Origin: Balanoglossus misakiensis
Taxonomy: Eukaryota > Animalia > Hemichordata
Direction of reading: 5' to 3'
DNA length: 64,000 nucleotides
Assembly (NCBI GenBank): GCA_040954595.2
Contig: CM082581.2
Coordinates: forward strand, 4,022,699-4,086,698
This document shows, one piece after another, positions 42,292-55,700 of the stretch. The translations under genes and the position numbers were made by a program. Below the pieces are notes generated by a model. That model made no database searches and had not been told where the DNA came from. It saw nothing but the letters and a program-made list of their open reading frames with translations. Every line of letters starts with the position of its first letter. The stretch's first letter is position 1.

Positions 42292-45200
42292 TTACATCTG
42301 ACAATTTTTAAATACATAAAAGAGCTTGAAAATTATAGCAAAATCAGCAGTAAAATGTTTCAGATACTAGATTATTATTACTTAAAAAATTTATAGCACC
42401 ATTTGGACTTAAGAATGGAAGCCAAGATGTCTAGTAAAGTGCATCTGATCTACTACATTTACAAATACATGTACAGTTATGATTGTTTTCTACACTAAAT
42501 GTATCTATCTACAAAGACACAAACAACTATCCTAACAAATGTTACAACTCTATGCTACATGCAATTACATTCAGTATTGATGACAACTACCATTTCTTTT
42601 AAAATAAGTTTAAATAATAACTCTGCAAGTGACTTTTGGTGCATAAAAACTAAAAAGGAAAGATACATAGTGTTGACCTACTACTATTCCTGCCCTTCCA
42701 AGATGAATTTATGCATGGACGGGCTTGGAAAACTTGTACTGCACATAAGGCCAAAGTAAGTAAATCCTTTGTTTTGCGTCCATTCAAAATTCTGAAAAGC
42801 AGGCGGCTACGCGGTTATAAAACACACACAAAATTGAAAAAAAAATTGCCAAAATTTGACAGTTTTCTCATGCTGAATACCTACAAAGAATTAACTTACT
42901 ATGACCTAAGAGAATTTAGCTGAGCAAAAAGTCATTTATTCAGATAATTTCTCTCTTGTGTAGCAGCCATAGTAAACTTTCTCTCAAGTAAAATAAATCA
43001 AACACATAGGATATTTTGCTCAATGGCACAAAAGTAAAAAAAATCACCAAAACCATTCGCACATGAGAGTAAATTTGCTAAATAAAATTCCATGAATGAT
43101 TTTTTGCTCAGCTACGTTCTTCCATTTGTGGCAGCCTATACCTACAGTAAGTAAAATTCAATAACACTAATGAAGTACATCGGATATCACTGATGTAAAT
43201 GAAATTGGTTATTTTTAGTCTTTTGAATCAATAGACTAAGTGTGCGTGTTATGTGCAGTAATACAATTTACTAGTATTTAGTATCTAACTTTTGTTATTG
43301 TTTTATTTGGACAGAATCATTGTAATATGAATTTGAGGGAATCTGAAATATGTAATTTCCATTGTTTATCAAAACAATTATCAGATTTATTCTTGTATTT
43401 CCAGGGTTTTTTCCTTGGTTTAAATAAACCAAAACATTGGAATTATGGTACAGGTTAGGTGTGCATTGCTTGCTAAATACTTAACACACTTTATATACAT
43501 ATCTCACAAATTATTGCACCAAGTCTATACATGAAAGCTAAACTGCAAAATTCCCTAAATTATTGCAAATACTTGCTCAAAACTGCGAGAAGGAAGTACA
43601 GTCACTGTCTATCAACACTAACTCATGCTGCATTGCTAGGGTAGTTACATCATGTTCAATCCATAGACAAAAATAGACAAATGGACACTAATCTTTGGGG
43701 CCGAGGTAGCACATATGGTGTAAGAAATTACTTGCAAATGCATCATTGGCACATCCTTCAACAGCGGTAACAATATGAACCACATTACTGGACAGCTTTG
43801 ACTGTTCATAGCAAAAGTACATGTATTATGGCATACAGAATGGACACTACCCTGACAATGTGATTTTACGAGTAATAGCATGTCAGAATCAAAGCTTATT
43901 TTTCAGGGTTTCCTCTAGCTCTTACAAACAGATAAATGTGAAATGTCAGAACAGCGGCATTTGGTTCCATACAAAATACTAAAAACAATTAGTACTTCAT
44001 AGTACACACCAAAGTAAAGACCTACTTTTATCTGGTTTCTTATTTTACAGGCCAATGTTTAGTAATTGCCAAATTAGATTGTACAGTACTGTATATCAGA
44101 TATAAAATGTCCCATGGCTTGGAAACAGTTACTTATAAAATCATTAATTTTTCAATATATTCTAATGCAATACTTTGACACCATGTAAACCTTGCATTGA
44201 TGCTTTCAATGTCATTTAACCATTCCAATATCATTGCCAACTGTGTTATAAACTGTTGATTACATTAAATCTAAATATCCTATAAAGGCGAGGAATTTCT
44301 ATTATCTCCTGAAATGCTTCCAGGATGTACAGAAAATGACTGTTGGGTCTGTCAGTGCATAATTATGCAGCTGTCAGGTTTAGAAAAAAGTATACCACAT
44401 TACTAACAAAGTCATCAAAAATAATATTGTCAGTTAACATTGACAATATTAATACATTAATATAATATAGTCAAACTAAAATGAGAGTACAGAAATATAA
44501 ATTAGTTAACAATGTCCTTCAATAACTTAATAAAAATATTAGAAAATCACATACAGTAATATATTTCAATTTTATAAGCGTTTTCTTAGACATATTTATA
44601 CATTATAAATCATTTAAAACTATGATATTATGGGAAATGTAACATATAACACACTACTAACAAACTGAGTTGAGGAATTCTTGAAAATAATTTCACCATA
44701 TGGCAACAATGTTCTTTTGCCAAGAAGAGTGATCACAGAAATGATTGTCATATTAAGTGACTTTTGTGAAAAATTTTAAAACATTTCTTTCAACAGTCTG
44801 CAAAAAGAGAAATCAGAAAAAATCGCTCCATCCAACATATTCAAAATTGTCACCCAATCTGGCCTTCCTTGGCATGGGGACAACACTGCAACAGGGCATC
44901 CTTGTTCAGTTGAAGACTTCATAAACTGAACTTGGGCAATAGTTCTCCCAAAATTGCCATCTGATTTGTTCTAATGGAACCTCAAAAGTGAGTTTAAATA
45001 TTTTACACAAGAGAAGCGCAACGTTGTCTTTTCATGTATCCAGGTCAAACTGAACTAAGGTATCATTATTAAAGTATTAAAAACAACTGAACTCACATTC
45101 AAAGAAATAAGTAAAAAAAAAAGTCATCAAAATGAATGCCTGGTAACCACATTGGAACATATTATAACGCGAACTGACATGTACGTCTGTCTATTGCACA

Positions 45201-45334
45201 GTACATTGTCCTTGAACTTTTCTATGATAATTTTGGCTTCAATGAAATATCAATGATCTTCGACCACTAAACAAAATTAACACTATTTCCAGTATCATCC
45301 CAGCAGTGTTTTAATACAGCTGACACATATACTT

Positions 45335-45550
45335 CAACACTACAGTACTGCAGACAATCTTACCTAAATACTTTACAATACTATAGATGCAGTAACTATT
45401 AAAATATTTACGGTACTGTAAATACACTAACCTAAATACTTTACAATACACTGTAGATACAGTAACCTATACCATTTTAATATTCTACAGTACTGTAGTT
45501 ACACTCGGATACATACCATTAAAATACTCTCCTAAAATATTTCAGTATTA
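45335..45550. repeat. degenerate short tandem repeat in the NT5C2 3' UTR
   Basis: repeated ACCTAAATACTTTACAATAC and TACAGTACTG units. Confidence 0.55.
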
Positions 45551-46517
45551 CAATGCCTTATTACCTGGCCCACACATGTAAATTCATGTCTGTTACATTT
45601 CTCTGGACCCATCAAAAATCAATACAATGGCACAGTATTGATGATATTTCAAACAAAATGGAAGATGCCTAACTTTTACCTGATAGTTTGATGATATAGT
45701 TAAATACCATGAATTCAGCCATCAGGTTCATCAGCAGAGCAAACAATGACGTTTTTAAATATACCGGTCATTTTATAGTAACATAAAATTTCTCAAAGTA
45801 TTATCAGTTCTTAAAATATTAAAAAGTAATGCCCCAATTAAAGCTATAATGTCTCCATTGTCCCTATAACAAACTTGACTCTTCTTGTTTCATTACCTCA
45901 ACCCAGACTGGTATTAGGCTGAAGCAGACTGCATTTGAGCCAAAAACTCTGAGAGCTCCTTACAAGTTCCAGGGCATGTGAACAGTCTCAAATGAATGCC
46001 AATTTTGCAGCTCGTCCAAGCAGAGCTAGTGACACTGATGTAAGCAATGAATATTGTACCCGAAAAACAACCACTGAGTAACCTGTGAAGTTACTCAGTG
46101 AAGTTATCTGGGTGATACGTCATCACACAACCCACATCAAACACTTTTATGGGCAGCAATCCAAAAATACATTTTGGTACACTTATTAAAACCCACAACT
46201 TCATGTTGGGGACATTATAGCTTTAATGTTATGGAAGAAATAGCAATGACAGACAAGAACATCTTCTGAAATAATCAAATGAGGTAAAAAATGCATAGAA
46301 AACAAACAAAAAAAGTTTATATTATACTGGCAATGCTATGATGTCTGCAATGCTGCCTAGACTTCAACCTGTACTGAAACACAACTGACAATCCAAAATG
46401 TTTGTTAATATGGTACACTTCATTCTTCCAATAGCAAGCTCTGCTCTATATCATTCCAATGTTTATACGACTCAAGTACTGCTAAATGGGAGTAGACGGG
46501 TTATGCTGTGTAGTTTT

Positions 46518-46760
46518 CTATTCTTCATCATCTTCATCATGATTGTGTGTTATGTTTATTGGTGTAGTGGCCCTCAGATTTGGTGGTGCACCGATCGTGT
46601 TGGATCGCAGGATCTGTGGACGTTTGTCAACATGTGGACTGTTATTAGGCAAACCATTCTGGCTGTAAATTCTGGTCCTGGATGAAACTATTGGAGTACT
46701 TGGTTGGTAATCATCCTCTTGAAAGACTTCACTGTGATCCACTGTTGATTCATGGGGCAT
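46518..46760 (-). CDS. NT5C2: NT5C2 terminal exon (MPHESTVDH...[11 protein letters not shown])
   Basis: ttgcag acceptor; TAG stop; conserved MPHESTV and acidic tail. Confidence 0.95.
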   Translation of the reverse strand: MPHESTVDHSEVFQEDDYQPSTPIVSSRTRIYSQNGLPNNSPHVDKRPQILRSNTIGAPPNLRATTPINITHNHDEDDEE

Positions 46761-49700
46761 CTGCAACACAAGACACAATAACATTTCACAAAATCTACAT
46801 TAACATTATAGATTCTAAGTTAAAGGTATACAATCACCTCCAATTTATATACGCCCATATATGGCTGAAATGGCATATTAGAGCATTCTAAAGAACATAT
46901 GGTGGCGCTCTCTTCTTCGCGTGTGCCACCCACTGAAAATCAGCGTTTGGCTAGATCCTAATTTACCATGGTAACTGTGGCTAAATTTGCATAGGTGACC
47001 GTATACCTTTAACATGTTCAGACAGCTTGTGAGATCATGACAATATATTTTTAATTGAAAATTTCTGTCAATTTTTTTTTCAACACCAAACAGCTATATA
47101 TCAACGGAAAGCTCTTTCTTGATTTTAATTTTTGTGCCATCAAAATTTCAGCACATGAAGAGTTTGTTTATTTGCACCAAAAAATTCTCCCATTCATGTA
47201 CAAAGTCTTAGACAGGAGGACAGACAATATTTTCCAACATTGAAATACAGCAGAAGTCTGTGGGTGACCATATCATGATAAGTCACCATTTTAAACAAGT
47301 CTTCAAGAATTCACCCAGAATCTGCCATTTAGCACTCAGGCCTCTCCCTTTAAATAGCAACAGTTAAGATCTCAGAACACCTCTAACCCTTTCACCCCAG
47401 TTCCCTCTTTTGAGGTCCAACCTTACCATACAAAACAATGGGTTTGGACTGTACCATGGCAGTGAAAGGGTTAAATCATTCTGCATATCTGAGATATACA
47501 GCTGAAGCAGGGGCTTACTCTTAGTGCTATTTGTGTGGCTCAGGTGGTAGTGATAGCAAGTAATGAGCATAACAGTCCAATGGTGCATTTACTCCTTGTC
47601 CACTCACAAACAAATCTATATGTCATGGAATTAATTGACTTACCAACATTGGTGCAGCTCTGAAGAAGTAACTGAATGGATAGTACAGTAGGTTGATGAC
47701 CGATGATGCATATAGATCGGCATATCTCGATACCTGATTGGCAAAGAAAGTCTGCCTTGACCCTGAATAATGCACAAAAATAAAACCCATTCAATGTTAT
47801 GCATACATCTATTATTCATCGGTGAAAGGGTCCCTGGTATGTTTTTATGCTCAATCTCTTTACAGCTGATGTTGACATGTCCAAGTGACATTGTTATAAC
47901 TTGATATGCAATTTTCTGTAGTAGTGTATATACTTGTAATCATTTTCTCAAACTATTAGCAATTCATATAATACATATTGACCAACAAAACAAGCATTTT
48001 GCTTGTCAAAAGAGCACTCACAGAAGGAATAAATGTTTTGACTGATCTGACTGGTATATACATGTACCAAATGGGACCTGAACATTCTGACAGTTGGCAT
48101 GTGATTTTTGACTTACCGCTTCTGAAGAGACTGCCTAAAAGTCCATGAACCATATCCATTTCATGCACTGCATCCTGTAATGTTATTGGAGAATTACAAA
48201 GTGAAGGTTGGTTCAGTGTTATTTGTTAGTTCACAGAGCAATGTAGTAAAGTTTACATTTTCGATGAAAAATGAAAGCACGCAAGAATTTAATCATATCA
48301 AAATACAACTTGGACCATGAAAATGAAAATTTGGGCTTTAAATCTCGGACTGACCATATTTTATACCGGGGGATGTAAATTAGCAATCACTGTGATACCA
48401 CAACAAGTTTTAAGTTCAACTGCCATGACAGTTGATAATTCAAAGTTGTGAAGAGAGACCAAGACAGTCATTTTCCATGGGGTAATTTCATCAAAGTGTG
48501 ATGCAAACCATGTAAACGAGATATAAATACGAATCTTGTGGAAGTCTCAAGAAACAAAGAAAAAGATGCTATCTTTCGACAATATTTTTGTTAACATTTG
48601 TTGATCACTGAAACATGCTGAATTTTCAATTACCAGATTCGACTCGAGCAATACTTATCAACAGATAACAGAATCTGGTGTGTAACACAAATTACTTATA
48701 CTGACATAAAGAATCACAAAGTTGGAGTGTTGGATGTTTAGCAGAGTAAGCTACACTTACACTACTTGTGCAACTGCCTAGGAGTTTTGCACCTCAGAGT
48801 GCTTAGAATTTACTTTGAATTTACTTTTGGTATGTGAAATTTGGAATCCATCAACAAGCAATAATTTTACCTGTATGGCTCTCTTGATGCTACTGATGTC
48901 TGGTCTGACATCAGACATACTGTCCATATTTCTATAAGTAAAAAGAGTATATGAACAAAGTTACTTAAAATCACAAATAAGTTAAAACAAATATTATATT
49001 ATATCATGCTACCGTCCTCAATTCTGATTGGACGAGAGCTCAATCCAGCGATGCTAAAATACTCAATAATGCACTGCTAAAACGGGCCCCTGAACTAGCA
49101 TACGACAGCAAAAATGTGCGGTTAAACCACAGTCGTGTGTATTTAAACCAAATACCAATAAATGAAATAAAAATACTGTTGAATTAACAGACGTATTATT
49201 TTGGAACTGCTCTGTGGAAATATTTGTCACTTTGCCACGCTCGATGCGAGTCTTGTCACTTTTTGTCGTCTGCTTAATTATTAATGCTCGATCCCGGCCG
49301 CTCGTGTTTACATTCATCGTTGCCATGATGGTTCACGATCGTAATTTCTCTTTCTGACGCCGTTTGGTAAGAAAATGACACTGATATGCCACAAAAACAA
49401 TTGTTGATATAATATAATAGCAATAACCACCGCCTCAGTCGGGTATACACTCGATTTGGGTACAATTCGCTCCACATAGCACGAGTCGTTAGGCGAGTGC
49501 TATATGTCTCGAATTGTACCTAAATCTCGCGTATACCCGCCTGCCGCGTGTGTTATTGCTTAACTCCATTGGTCCAATTTTAACAGGAATAACTTGTCTG
49601 AGTGTGGCACCTGACCTGCATTTGATTGCAAACTGATCAAGCTCATCACAAAATTTTACAGTTCACACAATTGCATACATCTATGTACTAGCATAAGTAC

Positions 49701-52700
49701 TGGCAATCTGATAATAACAAGATTCTTACTTGTACAAATCGGCCAACTTGCTATCAAGATTTTGAAGTGTTGCAAAGAGATCTGAAAGATAAAATGGTTA
49801 AGGATGTCTCTGATCAGTAAAATTATTAGCAGATTGTTTCATGTTGCAACACAGCTTCTGACAAACATCCTGTGGCAAATCATTCTTTGTAGAACGACTC
49901 AAAGGAGACAAAGACAGTGCCCAATCCATAATTCCCTCTGGATTGACTCATTTTTCCTTACCTCTCTTTTCAGTCCAAACATGAAGTTCCCTGGCAAGTT
50001 CTGGAACAACAAGAAAAGTTCTCCACCCTCTTACTTTCTTCGATTTCAATATATCACCAAAGACATGGTCACCAATGTAGAGAACATCCCTTCCAGTTGC
50101 ACCAATCAACTTACAGAAGACATCACATGACCCACCAGAATATACCTCCCCTTGCTGAAGTGTGCCTACATGTCTACCAATTCGCAGAACTCCAGTTTCC
50201 TATCAAGATATCAATCACACACCTTGTTAATTTCATTTCAAACATGGACTCAGGGATTTTAAGAAAACGCAGATTCTGAGCTTTTAGAAAAAAATATATG
50301 GTGGAAGTTAATACAAACATGGTCTTGAAAATCTGCCTGGCTATTCAACAGATATGAAAAACAAGGTCAAAAGGCAGACAATATCTAGCTAATATCATAT
50401 AGGGCTTTTAGCCCTCGAGGTCACTCAGCAGGTTAAGATTAGACTCAAAAAGTTGTTATTTGTTCAATAGTATACAGCAAAATCATTGAGCAAAGGATTT
50501 AAATTTTTCTTCATGTAAGGATATGTGGCTGCAATGAAAAACTTACCTAAATTAACACATATGAAAAGAATTACTGCTAAAATCGTACTTACTGAATCAA
50601 CTTGTCGCAAGATTGTACCCTCTCCAAAAAATAATGGTTTTCTGGCATCAACAATGACAACATCAAAATAGCTAAGCCATGGTTTGTGAGGACTGCCAGG
50701 CTAGGAAAAAAAAGGAAAATAATTGCCAAGGTTATTTTGTTTGATAATGGATGACAATACACAAAGTGGTAAAGAGTGGAAGAAAAAAGCTTAGTACTCT
50801 ACCTATGGTGTGAAAAAATACACTTAAAAGCTGATGATCATCTTATGCACAAGGGCAATACCAAATCATAAAATTACTGGTAGTGAAAAAGCTATCATAT
50901 ATTCAAATATAAAATCAAGATGGCATGAATGGAATATGCAAACATCACCATTTTTTCTGAGGCTACCTGAACTCAAAGTTTCAACTTTTTTCAAAGAACA
51001 ATAACAATACCCTTTGCACTTTGACCCATGCCGACCTATATCATTCAGACATTTTCTGATGAACAAGGTTTTCAAAGTTCAAATGAATTAGAGAATACCA
51101 ATTTAAGATCTCTCTAGGAAAGACAACTAAATAAAACATGCAGAGATTTTGTTGTACTCACTGTTGGTCCATGTTGAAAGTCAAATAAATATGTCATTAT
51201 TGCCTGAAAATGAAGTAAACATAACATAAATAACATTGAAATATTTTGCAACAGAAAACCTGCTTAACATTTTTAAATTCTTTAGTGTCATGTCTACAAA
51301 ATGAAGTAACATACAATGTACCTGTGTGTATTTGTAGTCACTGTTTGTTGCAAGGAATACTTTCCTTCCTGCTTGTCTCATCCTAGAACACAAAAGAATT
51401 TTCACTGCATGAAATTAACACTCATACTGGATTATAATGTTACAGTTCAAAACTGGCAGGGTCATAATGTAAGGTATTGAAATTAGCATTTTACTTGTTG
51501 AAAATTAAAATCAAGGCTGAACGAGAATACAAAAAATATCAGTACATATTTACAGACTTTGATTTACCTGTGGAGCAGAGATGGTATACGTGGATCTTTC
51601 ACGACATATTTTTCTGGTTCTTCTATTGTCCTCTGTTTCAGAGCCCCCTGACATGAAAAAACAATATTGTATTATTAATCATGTTTATTATACATGTTAA
51701 GCCTGTATTTGCCACTGTGCTTTTGTTCTTACAGTGAAGATATGAGCCTGTATTTTCACTAGTGAAAATACAGAGAGATTTTCACTGTGTGCGCGGAACT
51801 ATTTTTAAGAGCGTGCTAAATCACAGTATATTGGTGATATGAGTTGACAGAATGTTGTAATATCGAAATCAGGTGCAATTTTGTTGGGTTAGTGATGTGA
51901 GGCCACGTTATTTGATAAAGACTTGAGACTTCAAAATCACATTGTCATCAGCCCACTACTTTCGTACAGCATAGCCAATGCATCGTACACTTTTCAGTTG
52001 TTCAGATCCCAGTCGCTCGTGAATTGCCGACTGTAGTCCTAAAATCCACAGACTACAAACTTTTATCCTCTGATGTACAAATTCACTACAAATAGGTCAG
52101 TTAACTAAAATATTGACATATCTTTGCCAGACCCAAAGCAACTGCAAAAATGTGAGGGGTGAACAACCTGCTTCTTCGTGAGCAACACAACTTTTCAAAA
52201 TATGGCCACACCACTCGAATACAATGTGATATCGGTCAAACTTCATGAACCCTAACCATCCACATTTGTCAATCTAAGCATTTTACTTTTGAGTAAAGGT
52301 AGGCTTCTAGTCTTTCCACACAAAATTCATTTTTACAGGGGCAATGCTAACGTAAGAGATATTTGTTTGTCCATGTTAGTAAGCAAAGTACAAATGTGGC
52401 ATACCTTGGCATGTACCCAGTCTACAGAGGCTCGGACATCCTGATGAATACTTCTCCAAGACATGAACAAGTCACCAATGGTTACTCCTGTTTTGGATAG
52501 AGTGTACTGGTCTGATGTGGAGAAGAAATCTACCAAACATGCCAATAGGTACGTCTCTGTGAAATGAAATCATTATGGAAAATGTTAGAGACCATGCTTT
52601 TTGTAGTGATCAATTAGATTGTAGTCATCCCTTAGTTTCAGCAAAAGGGATTTGTACAGGATAGCAGTGCATGTTGGGCATCTTCTTTTTTGAACACATT

Positions 52701-55700
52701 ACATGTACACTTGAAGATGACAACTCGTAAGTGTATATTAACGGGAGTGCAAATTTTTTTTTACACTATATAACAACTTCTAGCACACTTTGCAAATCAA
52801 AATTCTTGCATAGAACCTCACCTTGGTTCTAGTAAGTTACACACTGCATGAATTGCCTGTTTAAATAAAAACAAGTATTAGACTGACAAAATGTCCTAAA
52901 TACACGGAAAAGAATCTGCATTTATTTTTCAATTTCCGTTTCGCAAACAAAAGCCCTTATTTTTGAACAGGTGCAATGCATTACAGATATTTCATATAAT
53001 TGCTTACAAATCTGAGTTACTAAAGAAACTGAGCACATAAAATCACTATTCACTGAGAGTTGAATTAAAAATGGAACAGTTGCTATCTCAATATGACATT
53101 ATTTTTTTATATTGTTTTGTGAGAAGCTATGATGGTTCTGAAAACTTATAAATATACATGAAGTAGCACACACACGTACACACCTTAAGGACACACTAAA
53201 CTTCCATGACATAAATGTTTGTGGTCAATTAACTCAGCACACTTCAGTAAGCATCGGCACATTTATAACAATAAGAGTTAACATTTGAACTACAACAGCA
53301 ATAATCCAGGTAATGTCACTTTTAAAAAGTCAGCAACTTTGGAATTTTAATGGCACGTCAGCGGACCTTGGACTGTACCATTCATTCTCTGGTTGCGATG
53401 GTTAGCATTAGGGTTGGCGTTAGGTTTAGGGTTATGACTTCATTTAAAATGACTTTTTAAATACAGTCAAACCCTAACACTAACCCTGAACAGGACAGCA
53501 ACTTTTCCCCTTTAAAATGCACGCTTAAGATTTTCACCAAACAACAAATAAATCAAGCAAGCTATTAGATTTCACAGACTGGCATAATGATATCTTATCA
53601 CAAAATGTTAAAATATAATGACATTATATCAGCGCATCAGTACCATAAATACAGTGTCGTGATTGGATGACAGCCTGTCTTATTCATGGAAATTTGGATA
53701 AGAGCCTGTTTTAATTTATGCAAGCTATGGTTAAACAAAGCATAGAGCACTGCTGTATTGGCCGCAGAATAGAATATAAATTATAAGCTCAAGACGTTAA
53801 GCAAACAAAGGGACGTAATGATTTAGATATCAGGAACATTTCTTTCGGTCACTTCAATATAAATTCATTCGATGATGTGATATGGAACTTATTAGAGTGA
53901 TATTTACTTGAAGTCAATTCTTGGTGCCTCAAATATCTTTTACTTCACAGGATAATGATGACTCACTGCCTGAAGATTCTCATAGAGGTATATTTCACCA
54001 CATATTTACAGCTTAAACAATCTGTCTATGAATTCAGCATATACAATATTCATACATGTGTGCACGTGTATTTCTCAGAAGTTTGACTTTAGTATAAAAC
54101 ACGATACAGAATATTCACATAATACACCCTGCAGTTATGTTGCAAAATGGATGTAGGCATAACTTACAATTCAAGACATCTTGTGCATTTTCCATATGAT
54201 TATAGTTAAATTGTCACATGGGGTGACCCATTTTACACTGATACCGGTACTAGTATATGCAACAAGTACATTATCTGTTGACAGTTTTTGAACTGTACAG
54301 TTACAAATTGTAAAACTCATGCATAGACCATTAATGGGACAAAAGCTGTAACTTTTTGCTTTAATTTCTGTATTTTTGTTCTGTATACCAAATGCAATTT
54401 CTTGCTGTATTTGCTCACTGTATCCCATGATTCACTATATACATGTACCAAATTTTGTATAAAACACTAATCGGGAACTCAACTAGTTGGATATGTTTCA
54501 GTGGACTTTTAACAAGAAATTGCACCTCTGACACTCACATATGAGGGTGTACTAGACACTAAAATTCACCTCAGACAGATATAGAAACACACTATTTTCC
54601 CAGGTTATATTTGTACAGACACATAACAGGGTTGACCTTCTGAGAGGTTCAGATTATGTATAACTATGGCTTACAGGATGAAAATAAATAGGCGATACAA
54701 GGTTACAGCCTTGAAAATCACTCTATTAGTATTACAGAAATTAACTGGCCATCTTTTTGAAAATTACAGCTACACAATGTACCGGTACAATTATACACAA
54801 GACCTTGGTCTATTGTAATTTACGTAAAACACTGCGAATAGCTCTCAAGTCATTCATGGCAGTGGAGAAAACAACAATGTATGACCCAACTCACCTGGCA
54901 GATTGAAAAGTGTATTTAGGATATAAATCCTGTCTTCTGATTCCTTCGTGATTTGTATAAATTTGTTTGGATAGAGTTCCTGGATCTCCGATCCCGTCAA
55001 GAATTTAAATCCATGTACACACACCAAGATGTTCCCAAAGGAATCCACCTGTGTGAAGGCAAATTATTGTACGATGTTATGAATGTGACAGCTGATATTT
55101 TTGACTTTATAAAAAGTCAAGACTGGGAACATGAAAACTTACCTGCAGTTTCTTACATTCCCACATGATGTGATAAGACTTTGATAGCAGTCAATGTCAC
55201 ATCCTCTACAAAACGAAAGCTTATGTAACAATTGATGGCAAAATATAAAACTGACATTATCCACAATCCTCTCAGATATTACTTTGCATCATGACTATCA
55301 TATGTAACACTAAAAAGTGAATATGTGTGTATGTGTTTGTCAAGTAGATACTTTTTTGAAGTCCACAGTATTTTTCATTCAAACTTCCATGCTGTTGGTC
55401 GCATCGTTACCATGTCCAGGACTACATTTTCGGGTATTTTTCTGCACCTTGTACAGCTCAAGTACACCCTGTACAACTCAAAATATTTTCAAGCATGATC
55501 GCTTTTTCTTAAAAGCATTCTTCATTCAAGTCACACCAATGACTAATAACTTAGTCAGATGCTTTTCAACTCTTTGTCCTTCAAAGAGAGCAGGTTTTCT
55601 GAAGGTCATACATTCACTGTAGAATATACCTATTGACATTCTTTTCATCATCAAGTGAGTGTTCCATGGACTGACTCTGAGGGACCTGTAAACCCCATAC

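Noticed and set aside
51748-51773. Perfect 26-bp palindrome CTGTATTTTCACTAGTGAAAATACAG
   Set aside because: Probably a remnant of a repeat terminus (related motif at ~51701); no evidence of function.
53400-53490. TTAGGG-like / CCCTAA-like motifs
   Set aside because: Only a few degenerate units; not a real interstitial telomere array.
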